From positions 1,536,001-1,600,000 of the forward strand of contig CAWKDB010000010.1 in assembly GCA_963848295.1 (NCBI GenBank): a stretch of DNA of 64,000 nucleotides, given 5' to 3'. The stretch comes from an uncultured delta proteobacterium (GTDB taxonomy: Bacteria; Myxococcota_A; Polyangia; Haliangiales; Haliangiaceae). The notes under the pieces were generated by a model. The model saw only the letters and a program-made list of their open reading frames with translations, was not told the origin of the DNA and did no database searches. This document shows positions 61,483 through 64,000 of this stretch, piece after piece (within the stretch, counting starts at the first letter, position 1; each line of letters starts with the position of its first letter). The position numbers were made by a program, and so were the translations under genes.

Positions 61483-61997
61483 CGCCGGCCGAGCAGCTCG
61501 CGAACGAAGGCGTCGCTCTCGTCGCCGACGCCGTCTCGGTCGCGCTCGCCGCCGCGGTTCGCGCTCGCCTCGCCTATCGCCGGTTCGCGTTGCTCGATCG
61601 CGGTAGCTACGAATTCGCCGAGCGCGTCGTCGAGCCCGAGCTGTTCGCGACGCTCGCCGCGATCGCCTCGCAAGCGACCGGGCGTACGCTCGCCGCGAGC
61701 GACGCGCGCGCCCTGCGTTTGCGCGCGGGCGACTATGTCCTCGCGCATCACGATCGGTTCTACGACGACCGGCCGATCGAGGCCGTGCTCGATCTGTCGC
61801 CGGCCGCCGTGCCACAGGCCGAGCTGCACTATCGCAGGCGCGGCCAGGTGTTCTTCCGGTTCCCGAGCGCGCCGCGGGCGCTCGCGCTCGTCGATCGCAC
61901 ACCGGTCGTGACCTGCAACCACGTCTACGTCAGCCGATCGGTCCCGACCGCGGACGTCATCCGACTCGTCGTCACGCTGCGGGCTACGACGTCGTAG
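61479..61997 (+). CDS. Degenerate 2OG-oxygenase-fold protein resembling the Ofd1/OGFOD1 C-terminal domain
   Basis: GTGA overlap; RLRAGDYVLAHHD, IEAVLDLS, ALALVDRTPVVTCNHVYVSRS. Confidence 0.72.
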   Translation: MTPAEQLANEGVALVADAVSVALAAAVRARLAYRRFALLDRGSYEFAERVVEPELFATLAAIASQATGRTLAASDARALRLRAGDYVLAHHDRFYDDRPIEAVLDLSPAAVPQAELHYRRRGQVFFRFPSAPRALALVDRTPVVTCNHVYVSRSVPTADVIRLVVTLRATTS

Positions 61998-63198
61998 GCG
62001 CGTCGGGCTTCGCCGCCGCCGAGATCGGCAGCATGATCGTGACCGTCGTCCCGATCCCGACTTCGCTCTCGATGTGCAATCGCCCGCCGGCGGTACCGAC
62101 GAGACGCTGACACTGCGCGATCCCCAAGCCGGTGCCCTCGGTGCGGGTCGTGAAGAACGGCGTGCCGACCTTCGACAGCACCTCGGGCTTCATCCCGACG
62201 CCATCGTCCTTGATCCGGAACTCGAGCATGTTGTCGTCGTTGGCGTGTACCGCGATCGAGACGTGACCGTTGGTCTTGCCGCGCGCGGCGACCGCCTGCG
62301 CACCATTCGACAGGACGTTGATCAGGACCTGCGTCAGCTCGGTCGCGGGCATCGTGACGCGCGGCAGCTCGGTCGGCCCGATGTAATCCACCGACGCGCC
62401 TGCGCGAATCGAGATCTGCTGACACACCGCCATCGCGTGCCGCAAGATCGGTAGCGGATCGGTCATCGGCGTCGACTTCGGATCGCGCGGCCGGCTGAAC
62501 TCGCGCAGGTTCGAGATCATGTGGTTGAGGTGCTCGGCCGACGCCTTGAGGTCGGCCATGAGCGGATCGATGTCGCCGAGCGCGGTGATCAGCGCGTCGC
62601 GCTCCGCCGATTTCGGCTCGCCCGCGAGCAGCGCGCGATGGATCATCGGCGCGTTCTGCGTGAGCTCGTCGAGCAGCTCGAGGTTGACGAGCAGTGACAC
62701 GACCGGCTGCTTGAGGTCGTGGACGAGCATGCCGGAGATCGTGCCGAGCGTGACCAGGCGCTCGGTGTCGAGCAGCCGGCGTTGCAACGCCTCCGAATCG
62801 CGGCTGAACGTCCACGCGCCGATCGCCCAGCGCAGGACCTGGATCGACCTCGGTCCGCTCCCACGGCTTGACGATGTAGCGCGCGACCAGACCCTCGTTG
62901 ATCGCCCGCAGGATCGGCTCGACATCGGCGTACGCGGTGATCACCATCCGGATCGTCCGCGGGTACTTCTCTTTGACGATCGCGGAGCAGCTCCTCGCCA
63001 GACATCGTCGGCATCCTCATGTCGCTGACGATCACGGCGACGTCGCCCTCTTCGAGCGCGCGGAACGCCTCTTCAGGCGTCTCGCAGGTCAAGACCGTAA
63101 ACATGCTGCCGATCGACAGCTCGAACACCGTGCGGTTCGGCTTCTTCGTCGTCGACGTAAATGACGAGCGGGCTCGGGGGCGGATCGGCGGCGGGCAT
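61984..63198 (-). CDS. REC-HisKA-HATPase hybrid kinase broken by three apparent +1 frameshifts (about 63145, 62984, 62846)
   Basis: The pieces join as MPAADPPPSPLVIYVDDE / KPNRTVFE...VSDMRMPTMSGEELL / AIVKEKYPRTIRMVITAY...YIVKPWERTE / IQVLRWAI...LVHDLKQP...INVLSNG...DDGVGM...GTGLGI. Confidence 0.85.
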
Positions 63199-63343
63199 GG
63201 ACGAGCCCCCCCAGCATACCGCGTCGGTCAGGCCGGGAGGAGCCCCCGGCCGCTAGCCGTCCACTGTGCGTGGTAACCGGACTCCAACACCTCCGGACCG
63301 AGGTCATGGTCGGACGAGGCGAGTTGGGCCATCATCGGCCGCG

Positions 63344-64000
63344 ATGACCGATGACGCCTGGCAACCACCCGCGCGTGGCGCACTCGACGACACCGCGTGG
63401 CCGGAGAAGCTCGTCGCGAGAGCGATCGAGCCCGGTTCCGATGACGACCGCCTGCATGGCTACGCCGTCGTGGGAGACCTCGCGAAGCACTACGAGCTGT
63501 CGGAGGTGCTCTACCTCGCGATCGTAGGCGAGCTGCCGAACGCGGCGCAGGCGAACCGGTTCCGAGTCGCGCTGATCAGCCTCGCCGCGATAGGGGTGAA
63601 CGAGGCACCGACCCATGTTGCGCTGCTCAGTCGAATCTGCGCCGGTGCGATCTCGTCCGCGCTCGGCGCCGGGCTTGTTGTCGCTGCCGATCAAGCGCGC
63701 TTCAAGCTCGAGGCCAACTGGCCGCTGTTCGCATGGTTGGCAAACCCGGTCGGGCCCCCGCCTGATGAGGTATGCAGCCGCGATCCCGACGACGCGCGCT
63801 GGGTTGTTACCTTGCGCCGCGCCGCCCCCGACAGCACGCTGGTTCATGATTCGCTATCGCGCGATGCCGCGCGCATCGCGCTGCTCTACGACGCCGGGCT
63901 GCGCGAGCCGGCGCAGATCGAGGCCGCGTTCGTAGCCTCGCGAGTCTGCGGCATCGCCGCCGAGGCCCTCCGCGCTGGTCCGAAGGACCTCGGTTCGTAT
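63344..64000 (+). CDS. Citrate-synthase-fold (citryl-CoA lyase-like) protein, partial
   Basis: Not in the ORF track because it is open to the window end. MTDDAWQPP...RLHGYAVVGDLAKHYELSEVLYLAIVGELP...EAPTHVALLSR...SSALGAGL...AAFVASRVCGIAAEA. Confidence 0.7.
   Translation, partial: MTDDAWQPPARGALDDTAWPEKLVARAIEPGSDDDRLHGYAVVGDLAKHYELSEVLYLAIVGELPNAAQANRFRVALISLAAIGVNEAPTHVALLSRICAGAISSALGAGLVVAADQARFKLEANWPLFAWLANPVGPPPDEVCSRDPDDARWVVTLRRAAPDSTLVHDSLSRDAARIALLYDAGLREPAQIEAAFVASRVCGIAAEALRAGPKDLGSY

Overview
A GC-rich, gene-dense 64-kb bacterial chromosome segment. Many Cys-rich lipoproteins, eukaryote-type Ser/Thr kinases, sigma54 systems and multi-receiver kinases suggest Myxococcota (Kofleriaceae/Haliangiales-like); this is inference only. 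About 60 CDS can be supported. They include an M16 peptidase, a long-chain acyl-CoA ligase, an MCE protein, an ABC-2 exporter, pyrB, pcm, TetR/HxlR modules, a HAMP kinase with a sigma54 activator, a seven-receiver kinase operon, a cholesterol-oxidase-like GMC enzyme, a phosphoesterase and three 2OG-Fe(II) oxygenase-fold genes. I recognised no rRNA, tRNA, CRISPR array, prophage or IS element. Main leads: (1) two coupled genes at 60880-61997 look like the two halves of the eukaryotic uS12 prolyl hydroxylase OGFOD1/Tpa1/Ofd1; (2) a window-wide leaderless-mRNA signature, with TAnnnT 6-7 nt before at least 14 start codons; (3) four sigma54-type promoters, three with the ATG at an identical distance, and upstream GGCA-N3-TGCC-like sites; (4) a kinase-bEBP-GNAT gene order reminiscent of the Myxococcus Pxr locus, with an AT-rich codon patch inside the bEBP; (5) several unusual domain architectures. 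Four apparent single-base insertions break two signalling genes and are probably sequencing errors. All family assignments come from motifs read by eye; no database search was run.
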